Below are positions 8,931-16,255 of a DNA stretch of 25,165 nucleotides, piece by piece (position 1 is the first letter of the stretch; every line of letters starts with the position of its first letter). Origin of the DNA: a virus (lineage: Duplodnaviria; Caudoviricetes); the IMG/VR virus record IMGVR_UViG_3300037791_000057, positions 1 to 25,165 of that record, one strand, 5' to 3'. Position numbers and translations under genes: made by a program. The notes beneath the pieces are model-generated. The model was not told the origin of the DNA. It saw only the letters and a program-made list of their open reading frames with translations, and ran no database searches.

Positions 8931-9315
8931 CTGCCGCTGTCTTCTCCGGCGTCCTCTTCGGCGCCTCTGATTTTGCTCCTACGCTTTCCGGCGTCAGCGT
9001 GAGCGCCTTTTCGAGCTTACCGATCTGCTCTGCCATATTCTTCACCTGCGACCAGAGCATGTTGACATATTGCCCACCGTCGCCACTTTCCCGCACTGGC
9101 CCTTGCGCCACGGCCAACGGCTGATAATGCAGATATTCCGCTGTCATACGCACCAGCCGATCCAGCGTTCGCGCTCGCGCCTTACTCCAAAGCCCACGAG
9201 CCTCAAGGTCAGCCTTGTATTCTTCCCAAAGTACCTTGGCCTGCTCAGACATCGCCCGACCGTCGTCGTGACCAGCGAAAATGTCGTCATATCGAGGTCG
9301 CTGGATGCGGGTCAT
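8908..9315 (-). CDS. terS: Terminase small subunit (P27-like)
   Basis: 135 aa overlapping the terL start, LTLTPES C-terminal segment, ADEFL end. Confidence 0.85.
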   Translation of the reverse strand: MTRIQRPRYDDIFAGHDDGRAMSEQAKVLWEEYKADLEARGLWSKARARTLDRLVRMTAEYLHYQPLAVAQGPVRESGDGGQYVNMLWSQVKNMAEQIGKLEKALTLTPESVGAKSEAPKRTPEKTAADEFLGSH

Positions 9316-9339
9316 GGGGACACCCCTACTTTCGGGAGC

Positions 9340-9415
9340 AGATATTGCGCACGGAGGAACCGCGCTAGGTTTCCAGTGTGGAGGCCTGAACTTTGGACCT
9401 CCCCCCCCCTACCCT
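9340..9415. other. Probable cos/packaging region
   Basis: Non-coding gap between HNH and terS with a 9-G run (9401-9409, minus); usual cos position in HK97-type phages; exact cut site not determinable. Confidence 0.5.
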
Positions 9416-9474
9416 CAGAACGGCGTGGGAGCGGCCGAAACCAGCCCGCCACAAGGGCGAAACGCTATGGCTCG

Positions 9475-9804
9475 TCACCACTCCTGCCCCACGCGCTCCT
9501 TGGCCTGAGCGATCAGCTCAGCGTCTCCTGCGTGTGCGGCCTCGATCGATGCGCAGTGGGTGGAGTGACAACCCGAACAAACCAGAACAAGGTTCTTCAA
9601 TTCATACGCAAGATCAGGACGTAGACGCCACGGGCGGACGTGATCAACCACGGCTGCGCGCTTGCCGGTTTTACCACGTAGGCTTGCCGGTATCGGCTGA
9701 CTGCACATTCGACACTTGCCGCCTTGCTGTGCATAGAGAGTAGCTGCGAAACGGTCACGGGCTGCGCTGCCCTTGCGGCCTGCGAATGGGTGCCGGTCGG
9801 TCAT
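9475..9804 (-). CDS. Terminase-associated HNH endonuclease (HK97 gp74-like)
   Basis: CRMC, VVDH, NLVLVCSGCH; directly upstream of terS; GAGG RBS favours ATG at 9804. Confidence 0.88.
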   Translation of the reverse strand: MTDRHPFAGRKGSAARDRFAATLYAQQGGKCRMCSQPIPASLRGKTGKRAAVVDHVRPWRLRPDLAYELKNLVLVCSGCHSTHCASIEAAHAGDAELIAQAKERVGQEW

Positions 9805-9903
9805 TGGCACCTCTTCTGTTGTGGATGCCGGGCATCCCGCCCGAAAGATTCGATATATGCAACTGAGCCGCGCCCTTTCCGGTATCCTGCCGGTGGGCGA
9901 TGT

Positions 9904-10038
9904 TCACTTTTGTGCGGTTTTGGCCTTGCGAACAGCGTCATCCAGCTTTGCGATCCGCATCGGGCGAGGGTCATCTTGCCAGCCGTTCGGCTCCTTGACT
10001 GCAAAACGCGCGAGGGCATCAAGGTACTTGCGTTCCAT
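9904..10038 (-). CDS. Small hypothetical protein, 44 aa (not in ORF track)
   Basis: GGAG 7 nt before ATG; MERKYLDALARFAVKEPNGWQDDPRPMRIAKLDDAVRKAKTAQK. Confidence 0.55.
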   Translation of the reverse strand: MERKYLDALARFAVKEPNGWQDDPRPMRIAKLDDAVRKAKTAQK

Positions 10039-10186
10039 GTCCGTGCTCCAGTTCAAGTTCCCGCCGCCCTGCATTCAGCAGGTCCATACCATGACCCCTC
10101 TACACCTTGCTGTTGACGCTCTAGCGCATGCAGGGCTTTGACCAGTGGCGGGTGATACTGGGGAGGAATGGTGTGAGGGTGTGATT

Positions 10187-10316
10187 TGAGCGCGGGCCGG
10201 GCTTGATACCGGCTGGTTTGGCTACCCTATGTCTCAAGGCTGCGTTTTAGTCACAGGCCGAAGCCCTCACCAAACATATATCCGACTTCAGCGTGCCCTT
10301 CCACGCCGCCGCGCTC
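10187..10316 (-). ncRNA. tRNA-like RNA with 8-bp acceptor stem, D and T arms and a 77-nt central insert; no assignable anticodon
   Basis: GAGCGCGG/CCGCGCTC-A; D arm GCGTG-GAAGGG-CACGC; T arm GCCGG-TATCAAGC-CCGGC stacked directly on the acceptor stem. Confidence 0.7.
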
Positions 10317-10414
10317 AGGAGATACCCCTGCGGCAGTAGCTACCTGCCGTCCGGATGAGACTTGGGGGCACCGCCAGAAAGCGGCTGTGCGGGTCTTCCC
10401 CGCCTGTCTGAATC

Positions 10415-10457
10415 AAAAAACGACATGGTGCGAATAGAAGTTCGCAGCCATGCCGTT
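10415..10457 (-). terminator. Intrinsic terminator just downstream of the putative late promoter (tR'-like)
   Basis: AACGGCATGG-C-TGCGAA / TTCGCA-CCATGTCGTT stem ending in a six-T run. Confidence 0.65.
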
Positions 10458-10460
10458 GGC

Positions 10461-10492
10461 ATCATACTGAAGTGTTCCGCCGTACTAGTCAA
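10461..10492 (-). promoter_or_regulatory. Putative late promoter (pR'-like)
   Basis: TTGACT at 10492-10487; CAGTAT at 17-bp or TATGAT at 20-bp spacing; directly after the Q-position gene. Confidence 0.5.
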
Positions 10493-11108
10493 CAACCTTT
10501 GCGAGCCTTTCCAGAGCATCGATAAACCGCATCCCGGCACCTGTAAGCTTGGCGTCTACAACCGGGTCAGCGCGCCCACGAACAACAGCCCAGATTGCTG
10601 CCTGATCGGATGAAACGAGGTGGCCAATATATCCGCGCCATCTGGCCCAACCATTGACGGCATCCCTGTGCTTCTCGTCTTCGGTGCGTAAATCAGGCTG
10701 GTCGTCTGGCCGCGCCTCAAATCGCTCCTGCTGGAACTCGACCTTTGCCGTCTTGGCGTGAAGGCTGTGGCCCAGAACTACGCGGGCGTAACGGTCTTCT
10801 GCCGATGTAAGACCGCTGTAGACGCTCCAAAGCCTTTCCGCTGTCTTGCCCTGGTGTTTCAGGTAAATGGCACGCCCTGCGGCCTCTCCGAGCGCCTGAC
10901 CCCGCATATCGTCCAGCTTTGTGCTGCCCATCATCTTAGCCCTCGCTTGCAATGCCACCCGGTCTGGGGAGCGCTCTCTGGTCTGCCTAATCTCGTTCAT
11001 GCGCTTCCTGCCTCTCTTCTTAGGCTTCGGGACCGGGGCGAGGCCCATCAGTGCCTTTCTTGCTTCCAGCTTCCGCGCCCTCGCTCGTGTTTCGCTGCCT
11101 TTGCCCAT
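10485..11108 (-). CDS. Hypothetical basic protein; candidate late-gene regulator (Q position)
   Basis: Start MGKGSETR after AGGAG/AGGA; 207 aa, Arg/Lys-rich N-terminus; last early gene before the late leader; function inferred from position only. Confidence 0.65.
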   Translation of the reverse strand: MGKGSETRARARKLEARKALMGLAPVPKPKKRGRKRMNEIRQTRERSPDRVALQARAKMMGSTKLDDMRGQALGEAAGRAIYLKHQGKTAERLWSVYSGLTSAEDRYARVVLGHSLHAKTAKVEFQQERFEARPDDQPDLRTEDEKHRDAVNGWARWRGYIGHLVSSDQAAIWAVVRGRADPVVDAKLTGAGMRFIDALERLAKVVD

Positions 11109-11125
11109 TCCTACCTGTCTCCTGC

Positions 11126-11365
11126 TTAGAGTTTGCGCTCGTAGCCGTGGAAAATTCCGAACAACACCCACCGGTCGTATTGAGGAAGCCCACCGATACC
11201 GAGGCCCAAAGCGGCAGTAATGGCCCGATACTTGAATGCGCGGCGCATGAGCACCGCGAAGCGCACATGACGGATCACTGGAAGTCGTTTCCACCAAGAT
11301 ACAGCTGGCATTACCCATCCATGCCGCGCGGCATCCTCGTGCCAGATTTCAGTTCCAACTTTCAT
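11126..11365 (-). CDS. Hypothetical protein
   Basis: 79 aa, AGGAG RBS, in operon. Confidence 0.7.
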   Translation of the reverse strand: MKVGTEIWHEDAARHGWVMPAVSWWKRLPVIRHVRFAVLMRRAFKYRAITAALGLGIGGLPQYDRWVLFGIFHGYERKL

Positions 11366-11387
11366 TTTGCCTGTCTCCTGCCTTTGG

Positions 11388-11642
11388 CTACTTGCTGAGG
11401 TCTACGGGTTCCGGGTTGAACAGGAACTCTCGCGTGCATCCGGTGAGAGCGCAGAGGGCGTCGATGTATTCATCCGGTGGTCTGGTGCCACGCGCGCGAA
11501 GGCTCGATACTGCGGCACAGCTCTTGCCAATGCTTGCTGACCACTCAGTGAACGTGACCTGACCAACAACGAGGGCGACCTCGACACGCTCCCAGAACTC
11601 TGGGGGCATGCGGTTTTTCAGCGGGCGTCCTCTCATAGCCAT
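11388..11642 (-). CDS. Small XRE-like helix-turn-helix protein
   Basis: FTEWSASIGKSCAAVSSLRARGTRP..ALCALTGCT pattern; TGATG overlap with ssb. Confidence 0.6.
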   Translation of the reverse strand: MAMRGRPLKNRMPPEFWERVEVALVVGQVTFTEWSASIGKSCAAVSSLRARGTRPPDEYIDALCALTGCTREFLFNPEPVDLSK

Positions 11643-12070
11643 CAGAACGGAATCTCGTCGTCATCGATGCTCTGACTGCCAGAGCCGTATCCGCTGCTCT
11701 GGTTGCCACCGTAGCTGTCCTGACCGCCGCCATAGCCACCGTCATCGCGGGACTGACCGCCAGACCCGGCGGCCCCGCCTTGGAACGACAACTCCTGAAC
11801 ACTGCAGCCGAGATAAGCCTTGCCATCATGCTCGCGGGCCATTGGTCGCCCCTCGACGGTCAAGCACATGCCCTTGACGATGTAGCGCTCAAGGCTCTCA
11901 GCCCGCTTGCCCCAAATCGAACAATCGAACCATGTGGCCGGACGCTTGTTTCCGTCTCGATCCTTGCCGTTATCCACTGCCAGAGAAAACCCGAGAACGG
12001 CATCACCGGATTGAGTACGGCGGAGAACGGCGTCTTTGCCCACGCGACCTGCGATTATCAGTTTCTGCAT
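11642..12070 (-). CDS. ssb: Single-stranded DNA-binding protein
   Basis: GRVGKDA, FSLAV, WGKRAE, KG..VEGR; Gly-rich linker and DDDEIPF tail. Confidence 0.96.
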   Translation of the reverse strand: MQKLIIAGRVGKDAVLRRTQSGDAVLGFSLAVDNGKDRDGNKRPATWFDCSIWGKRAESLERYIVKGMCLTVEGRPMAREHDGKAYLGCSVQELSFQGGAAGSGGQSRDDGGYGGGQDSYGGNQSSGYGSGSQSIDDDEIPF

Positions 12071-12073
12071 GGC

Positions 12074-12295
12074 TCAAGCGACCTCCTTGGATGTTAGTTC
12101 GGGATATGCCGCCTCCAGAGAAGCGCGGTTCCAGCGAAGGCCACGGGAATAGATGTACGAGCCAAGTGCTGCCTGGCTCATTTCAAGCTTGGCCGCCGCC
12201 TTGGGCAGGCTGCTGTCGATATGAGCGTGGATCGCGCGCATCTTCTCCAGCTCGTGGCGGCGAAGGATCTCGGGCCATGTCTCCGGGGCGCTCAC
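12074..12295 (-). CDS. Small putative HTH protein
   Basis: LPKAAAKLEMSQAALGSY; ATGA overlap. Confidence 0.6.
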   Translation of the reverse strand: MSAPETWPEILRRHELEKMRAIHAHIDSSLPKAAAKLEMSQAALGSYIYSRGLRWNRASLEAAYPELTSKEVA

Positions 12296-12756
12296 GACGG
12301 GTCACCCATCCGGCGCGGGGTGAAGCCGATCTCACGCATGATTTCGCTGGCCCGGGCTCCGTCGATGCGCTTCCGCTTCGGTTCGGGCTGGGAAGCGGCG
12401 GCGGGCGCGGCAGCGACGCGGTTGGACCGGGCGCGCATGATCTCAGCACGGACGTGGCCCTCGTTCGGCATCCGGTTCGGGTTGGCCAGTACAGCAGCGC
12501 GGCAGGCGGCCTGCACCTCTGACAGCGGGAAGTCCTGGAGCGCATCCATCCAGTCTACCAGCATCCGGTCGTGCGCTGCGGATCCTCGGTCTCGCTCCCA
12601 ACCAAAACGGTCGAACTTCTTGGCGAGAACTTCAAGCTCGACCGCCACCATAGCCCGATGTTTCGCCAAGTCCTGTGAGGCGAGCGATCTGCTCAAGGGC
12701 AGGGTCAGACCGGTTTTCTTGTCTGCGGGAAGCTGGTGCTTTGCGGGGGTGGGCAT
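12292..12756 (-). CDS. Putative replication accessory protein (helicase loader position)
   Basis: Follows the initiator; DWMDALQDFPLSEVQAACR..RMP pattern resembles phage loader/inhibitor proteins. Confidence 0.6.
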   Translation of the reverse strand: MPTPAKHQLPADKKTGLTLPLSRSLASQDLAKHRAMVAVELEVLAKKFDRFGWERDRGSAAHDRMLVDWMDALQDFPLSEVQAACRAAVLANPNRMPNEGHVRAEIMRARSNRVAAAPAAASQPEPKRKRIDGARASEIMREIGFTPRRMGDPS

Positions 12757-13435
12757 GGTTTTCGCCTTTCAGAACTTCGGTGATGTAGGGGACCGGGTCT
12801 TGTGTTCCGGCCTGCTGCGCGGCCTCAATTGCAAAGAGGACGGCGGGCGGCCCGGCCTCCTTGATCCACTTTCCGATCATCCGACCGGGGTCTCTAACGC
12901 CCATCGCCGCAAGGATTGGCTTGCCAACTTTCCAGACGGCTTGCGTTGACGCAGAAACAACAACGATCTCGCCGCTCAGCTCAGTCGGCGGCGCAGCCGC
13001 ATCCTCTCCGTCAGGAGAGGTTGTTTTATTGTTTACTTGTTCTTTATTGGGTTGCTGGCGGGTTGCTGGCGGGTTGGCGCTTGGGTTGCTGGGTGCCTCC
13101 TTGGCCTGATATTCCTCGTATTTACATAAGGTTACGATGGTTCGCCTTTGGGTTGCCTTGCCGGTTACGCTTTGGGTTATTACGCCTTCGGCTTCCAGTA
13201 GCCCCAAGAACGTGCGGAGCGCCTGACGCCCCATGCCTGTTTCAACTTCCATCTGGCGCTGAGACACGCAGAGCTGGCCGCGCTTCACGTCAATCATCTT
13301 GCCGCCGACGTTGAACCGGGTATCCTTCCACGCAGCCTTGTGCAGCATCCAGTGCCACACGCCGACGCGGTGCGCGGATCCAGAGAAAATGGGGTGGTCC
13401 CAAATTTTGCGGTAACTACAAATCCAGCCACTCAT
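12632..13435 (-). CDS. Phage replication initiator (O-like)
   Basis: GWI..YRKI.DH, RGQL..S, T.VT.CKYEEYQ N-terminal domain; internal iterons encode a low-complexity linker. Confidence 0.85.
   Translation of the reverse strand: MSGWICSYRKIWDHPIFSGSAHRVGVWHWMLHKAAWKDTRFNVGGKMIDVKRGQLCVSQRQMEVETGMGRQALRTFLGLLEAEGVITQSVTGKATQRRTIVTLCKYEEYQAKEAPSNPSANPPATRQQPNKEQVNNKTTSPDGEDAAAPPTELSGEIVVVSASTQAVWKVGKPILAAMGVRDPGRMIGKWIKEAGPPAVLFAIEAAQQAGTQDPVPYITEVLKGENHAHPRKAPASRRQENRSDPALEQIARLTGLGETSGYGGGRA
13020..13092. repeat. Probable replication origin: four GGGTTG(C)TGG-type iterons next to an AT-rich tract
   Basis: GGGTTGCTGGC at 13049 and 13060, GGGTTGGCGC at 13071, GGGTTGCTGG at 13083; T-rich 13020-13048. 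Confidence 0.75.
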
Positions 13436-13965
13436 GACGCACTCACAATGCGAAGGCTCTTTGCTTCTTGCTGGTGCTTCCTGGCAGCCTCTGCCTGCCT
13501 CGTTACAGCTGGGAGGATATCGACCCCTTCGACGTGATAGAGAACATCCACGACCTCCGATGGATGGAAAGAATCTCTAAGGACCTCGTAAACGGATGGC
13601 CTGAGGGCGCGGATATCCACGAAGTAGTCAGTGTCGACAATCGTTTGGTCTGGAATAAACTCATCCACCAAACACTCGACCTGCCACCTCAGATCATTGT
13701 CCAGATGATGCATTACCTCTGAAACCTGGACGCGAAAGAACTCACGGGAGGCATTGACGCGCTGGTCATGAAACTTCTCGTGGGCGCGCAGCTCCATCTC
13801 AATGCAATTGGGCGAAAAAACCTCGTATGCCACCTGAAATGGTGTAGGTACCCCCGTCTGCCATAGCTCGCTGGCTCGCTGCGCGACGGACCTTTCCGTC
13901 CGGCCTATTTTCAGAATCCCAGGCATGCTCGGATTACTCAAAACATAGACATAACCCTTGCTCAT
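13432..13965 (-). CDS. GIY-YIG domain protein (T5orf172/MUG113-like)
   Basis: GYVYVL, KIGRT, R, TGVPTPF, E..AH and REFF motifs. Confidence 0.9.
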   Translation of the reverse strand: MSKGYVYVLSNPSMPGILKIGRTERSVAQRASELWQTGVPTPFQVAYEVFSPNCIEMELRAHEKFHDQRVNASREFFRVQVSEVMHHLDNDLRWQVECLVDEFIPDQTIVDTDYFVDIRALRPSVYEVLRDSFHPSEVVDVLYHVEGVDILPAVTRQAEAARKHQQEAKSLRIVSAS

Positions 13966-14321
13966 GTGGTCTTACCTCCAATCTCGATATAAACCGCCCC
14001 GCCCTTCTCGACGGGGCCAAACTCTGTCGGGAACACGCAGCGAAACCCCACGTCATCAACCTTCATCGCGTCGGCAATCCCATCGATGGCAGCCTTCATG
14101 GTGGCTGGCAGATTGTGGGTGTCGCGGCGGCGGCGATCAGGCGGGCAGAAACGAAACGTGAGCACCGCAGCTGGGTCTCTCGGCCACTTGGCCTCCAAGG
14201 CGAGCGCCCATGCCTCCTTGCGCTGTGTGCGCTTGGCTGCGGCCTTGACCTTATGGCTGGCCTTCTCATTGTCCCAGAGGTCGCGGCTGGGCCAAGAGAG
14301 GCGGATAGTGGTGGGTTTCAT
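13962..14321 (-). CDS. RusA-like Holliday junction resolvase
   Basis: PPDRRRRDTHNL..KAAIDGIADAMKVDD. Confidence 0.8.
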   Translation of the reverse strand: MKPTTIRLSWPSRDLWDNEKASHKVKAAAKRTQRKEAWALALEAKWPRDPAAVLTFRFCPPDRRRRDTHNLPATMKAAIDGIADAMKVDDVGFRCVFPTEFGPVEKGGAVYIEIGGKTT

Positions 14322-14890
14322 GCGGCCGCCCCCTGAAACTTGTCGACCTCGTTCCCGAACACGTCCCAGCCTGTCCGCTCTTGGCGGCTGAAAAGCTCTA
14401 GCCTAGGAACATCACCGCAAAGGGCCTCAGCTGCTGCGAAAGCCTCCTCTGGCTTTCGAGAATGCTCGCGCAAGGGCCCTTCGATTACCGATCGAACGTT
14501 TCTCGCGGTCTTTGGATTCCCAACGGTGCCGATCAGGAAGGGTTCACCGGCACAACGAAGGATATAGCCCGTGCCGAAGGCTTGCTTACCGCCGGAGGTC
14601 TTCTTTGACCAATGGCCTGCGGTCTTGAACTGGAACCCCCATGCCTCCATGACCTCGAAAGCCTTATCCAGCAGCGGGTTGGTGGCCCAAAGCCACAAAA
14701 CGCAGCTTTCAGCAGCTAGATGACCGACCTGCATTCCCTTGATGTCGTCCAGGCCGATGCAATCATATTTCGCGCTTGCGTTCTTGTGGTCTCCTTTTGC
14801 CGACCAATTCTCATAAGACCACGGCGGATCTGCCATGATCAGGCCATAGCGGAACAGCGGTATGTCAGCGAAATTTGAGAATGCTGCCAT
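14318..14890 (-). CDS. MT-A70 family adenine methyltransferase
   Basis: ADPPW, LWLWAT, WGFQFKT, HSRKP and LELFSR motifs. Confidence 0.93.
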   Translation of the reverse strand: MAAFSNFADIPLFRYGLIMADPPWSYENWSAKGDHKNASAKYDCIGLDDIKGMQVGHLAAESCVLWLWATNPLLDKAFEVMEAWGFQFKTAGHWSKKTSGGKQAFGTGYILRCAGEPFLIGTVGNPKTARNVRSVIEGPLREHSRKPEEAFAAAEALCGDVPRLELFSRQERTGWDVFGNEVDKFQGAAA

Positions 14891-15192
14891 CAGTCCTTCC
14901 CCGCAGCTCTGCGCATCCGGCGGATGCAGCGGTTCATGATCCGTGTGCGCTCAGCGATAGTCTCCGCGAGGATCAGCTTCTTGCGCTCGATGCGTGGCTC
15001 AAGGGTGGCGAGGCGCGAGAGTTCCGCGTCGTCCGCATAGCGCAGCCACGGGGCGTCAATACCGAAGGGTGCTTCGATCCTCGGGCCTCCGTTGTGGCCA
15101 ATGTGCGCGGCGATTGCGGCAATCTTGCGCGCCTCGGCTTCCTGCTGCGCTTGTACCTTGGCGTAAATGGCCGTGAGAGGGTCATCCAGCAT
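14890..15192 (-). CDS. Hypothetical protein
   Basis: 100 aa, GGAGG RBS, TGATG overlap with the MTase. Confidence 0.75.
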   Translation of the reverse strand: MLDDPLTAIYAKVQAQQEAEARKIAAIAAHIGHNGGPRIEAPFGIDAPWLRYADDAELSRLATLEPRIERKKLILAETIAERTRIMNRCIRRMRRAAGKD

Positions 15193-15195
15193 TGA

Positions 15196-15426
15196 TCAAT
15201 CCTCCGTCTTGTACAGTGGATTGCGCTGTACAGGCTTCGGAGAAATCGCCCGTCCAATCGCCATGGAAAGACCAGATCGGATGTTCTGCGTGGCGTTTGA
15301 TTTGGTGGCCTTGCAGGGGCACTCAGCGAGAGCGACACGCAAGCTCTGCGCTCGGTCCTTCGGCATGCGGATGACCAGATCTTCGCCTTCGAGTTTCACG
15401 CTGCTGCCGCGCACCGGATCAGCCAT
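15196..15426 (-). CDS. Hypothetical protein
   Basis: 76 aa, tightly packed in operon. Confidence 0.7.
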   Translation of the reverse strand: MADPVRGSSVKLEGEDLVIRMPKDRAQSLRVALAECPCKATKSNATQNIRSGLSMAIGRAISPKPVQRNPLYKTED

Positions 15427-15429
15427 GTC

Positions 15430-15873
15430 TCAGGCCTTCCTGATGGGGGTGACGCCTGCGGCCAGTGCCTCGAACCGAACGGCCATTTCATCGAATTTTG
15501 CCGAGGCCTCTCGCGCCTCCACGACTGCGGCTGCGTAATCGCCCGCATCGCCAGACTGCGCGGCGCGGATACCGGCGCACACCGCCTGGCCACCCTCTTC
15601 GGAGGCTTCACCCGAAAGCGCGTAGAGGCAGGTTTCTCCCCCATCACGAACAGAGGACGCGCGGTAAGTGTCGAAGCAGCGGTTCCCGGTTGCATCCATA
15701 AGGGCCCAAGCCCATAGGAGCGGAACCTCAAGCTGCCCGTTCTTGATTTTCGTGAGAGTGCCGATGCTGATCGTATGACCAACGGCCGAGGCGATGACAG
15801 ACGCTGCGGCTTCCTTGCCACCCACTTGGGTCACGAGGTTGTCAAACATCTGCGCGGCGATCTTAGGCTGCAT
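15430..15873 (-). CDS. CII-position regulatory protein (putative)
   Basis: First gene after cro; N-terminal HTH-like GGKEAAA..ISIGTLTKI and helical C-terminus. Confidence 0.55.
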   Translation of the reverse strand: MQPKIAAQMFDNLVTQVGGKEAAASVIASAVGHTISIGTLTKIKNGQLEVPLLWAWALMDATGNRCFDTYRASSVRDGGETCLYALSGEASEEGGQAVCAGIRAAQSGDAGDYAAAVVEAREASAKFDEMAVRFEALAAGVTPIRKA

Positions 15874-15953
15874 GGAAAGGCCTTTTCCTTGGGGTTCGAG
15901 CTCACCGCGCCCAACTTGAATGCATGGAAGCGGTATTAGGCATAGAGAGAGGG

Positions 15954-16163
15954 TTAGGCGGCATCGCCAAAGAGACCCGCCAGATCAGGTCGCAAGTCTC
16001 GGACAGTGACCCCAAGAGCCTTTGCCAACCGGCCAACCGTTTTGGGCCCGGGGCTGCGCTCTTTCCGCTCAATGAGGCTCAAAAAAGGCCGGGAAATACC
16101 GGCTTGCTCGCAGATTTTATCCCGCGAGAGCCCCTTTGCGTTGATGTGTTCGGTGATATCCAT
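15954..16163 (-). CDS. cro: Cro-like XRE HTH regulator
   Basis: 69 aa, GISRPFLSLIERKERSP..LAKALGV..LRPDL; divergent from cI. Confidence 0.9.
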   Translation of the reverse strand: MDITEHINAKGLSRDKICEQAGISRPFLSLIERKERSPGPKTVGRLAKALGVTVRDLRPDLAGLFGDAA

Positions 16164-16169
16164 GCCGAA

Positions 16170-16220
16170 CTTTTACATTATGTGAATTTCTCAGGCAAGA
16201 GGCATTTTACATAGTGTATA
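16170..16220 (-). promoter_or_regulatory. PR-like promoter with two 15-bp operators
   Basis: TTGCCT-17-TAAAAG; operators TTTACATTATGTGAA (16172-16186) and TTTACATAGTGTATA (16206-16220). Confidence 0.8.
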
Positions 16221-16255
16221 TGGATGCTCATATTCGCTTGCCCCATAGAGTGGGC

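Noticed and set aside
10196-10213. GCCGGUAUCAAGCCCGG resembles the twister ribozyme P4/L4 segment
   Set aside because: No matching downstream pseudoknot partner or cleavage-site context found; the acceptor and D arms fit a tRNA-like fold better
10187-10316. Calling the element tRNA-Sec, tmRNA or an intron-containing tRNA
   Set aside because: No UCA or other anticodon loop in position, no tag ORF, and the insert is far too short for a group I intron
3773-11378. Recurring GGAGACAG octamer (minus strand; 3773, 5067, 11114, 11371)
   Set aside because: Each copy is simply the Shine-Dalgarno of the next gene
13049-13092. Tandem repeats as a CRISPR or DGR element
   Set aside because: 11-bp units without spacers inside the initiator gene; no cas or reverse transcriptase gene in the window
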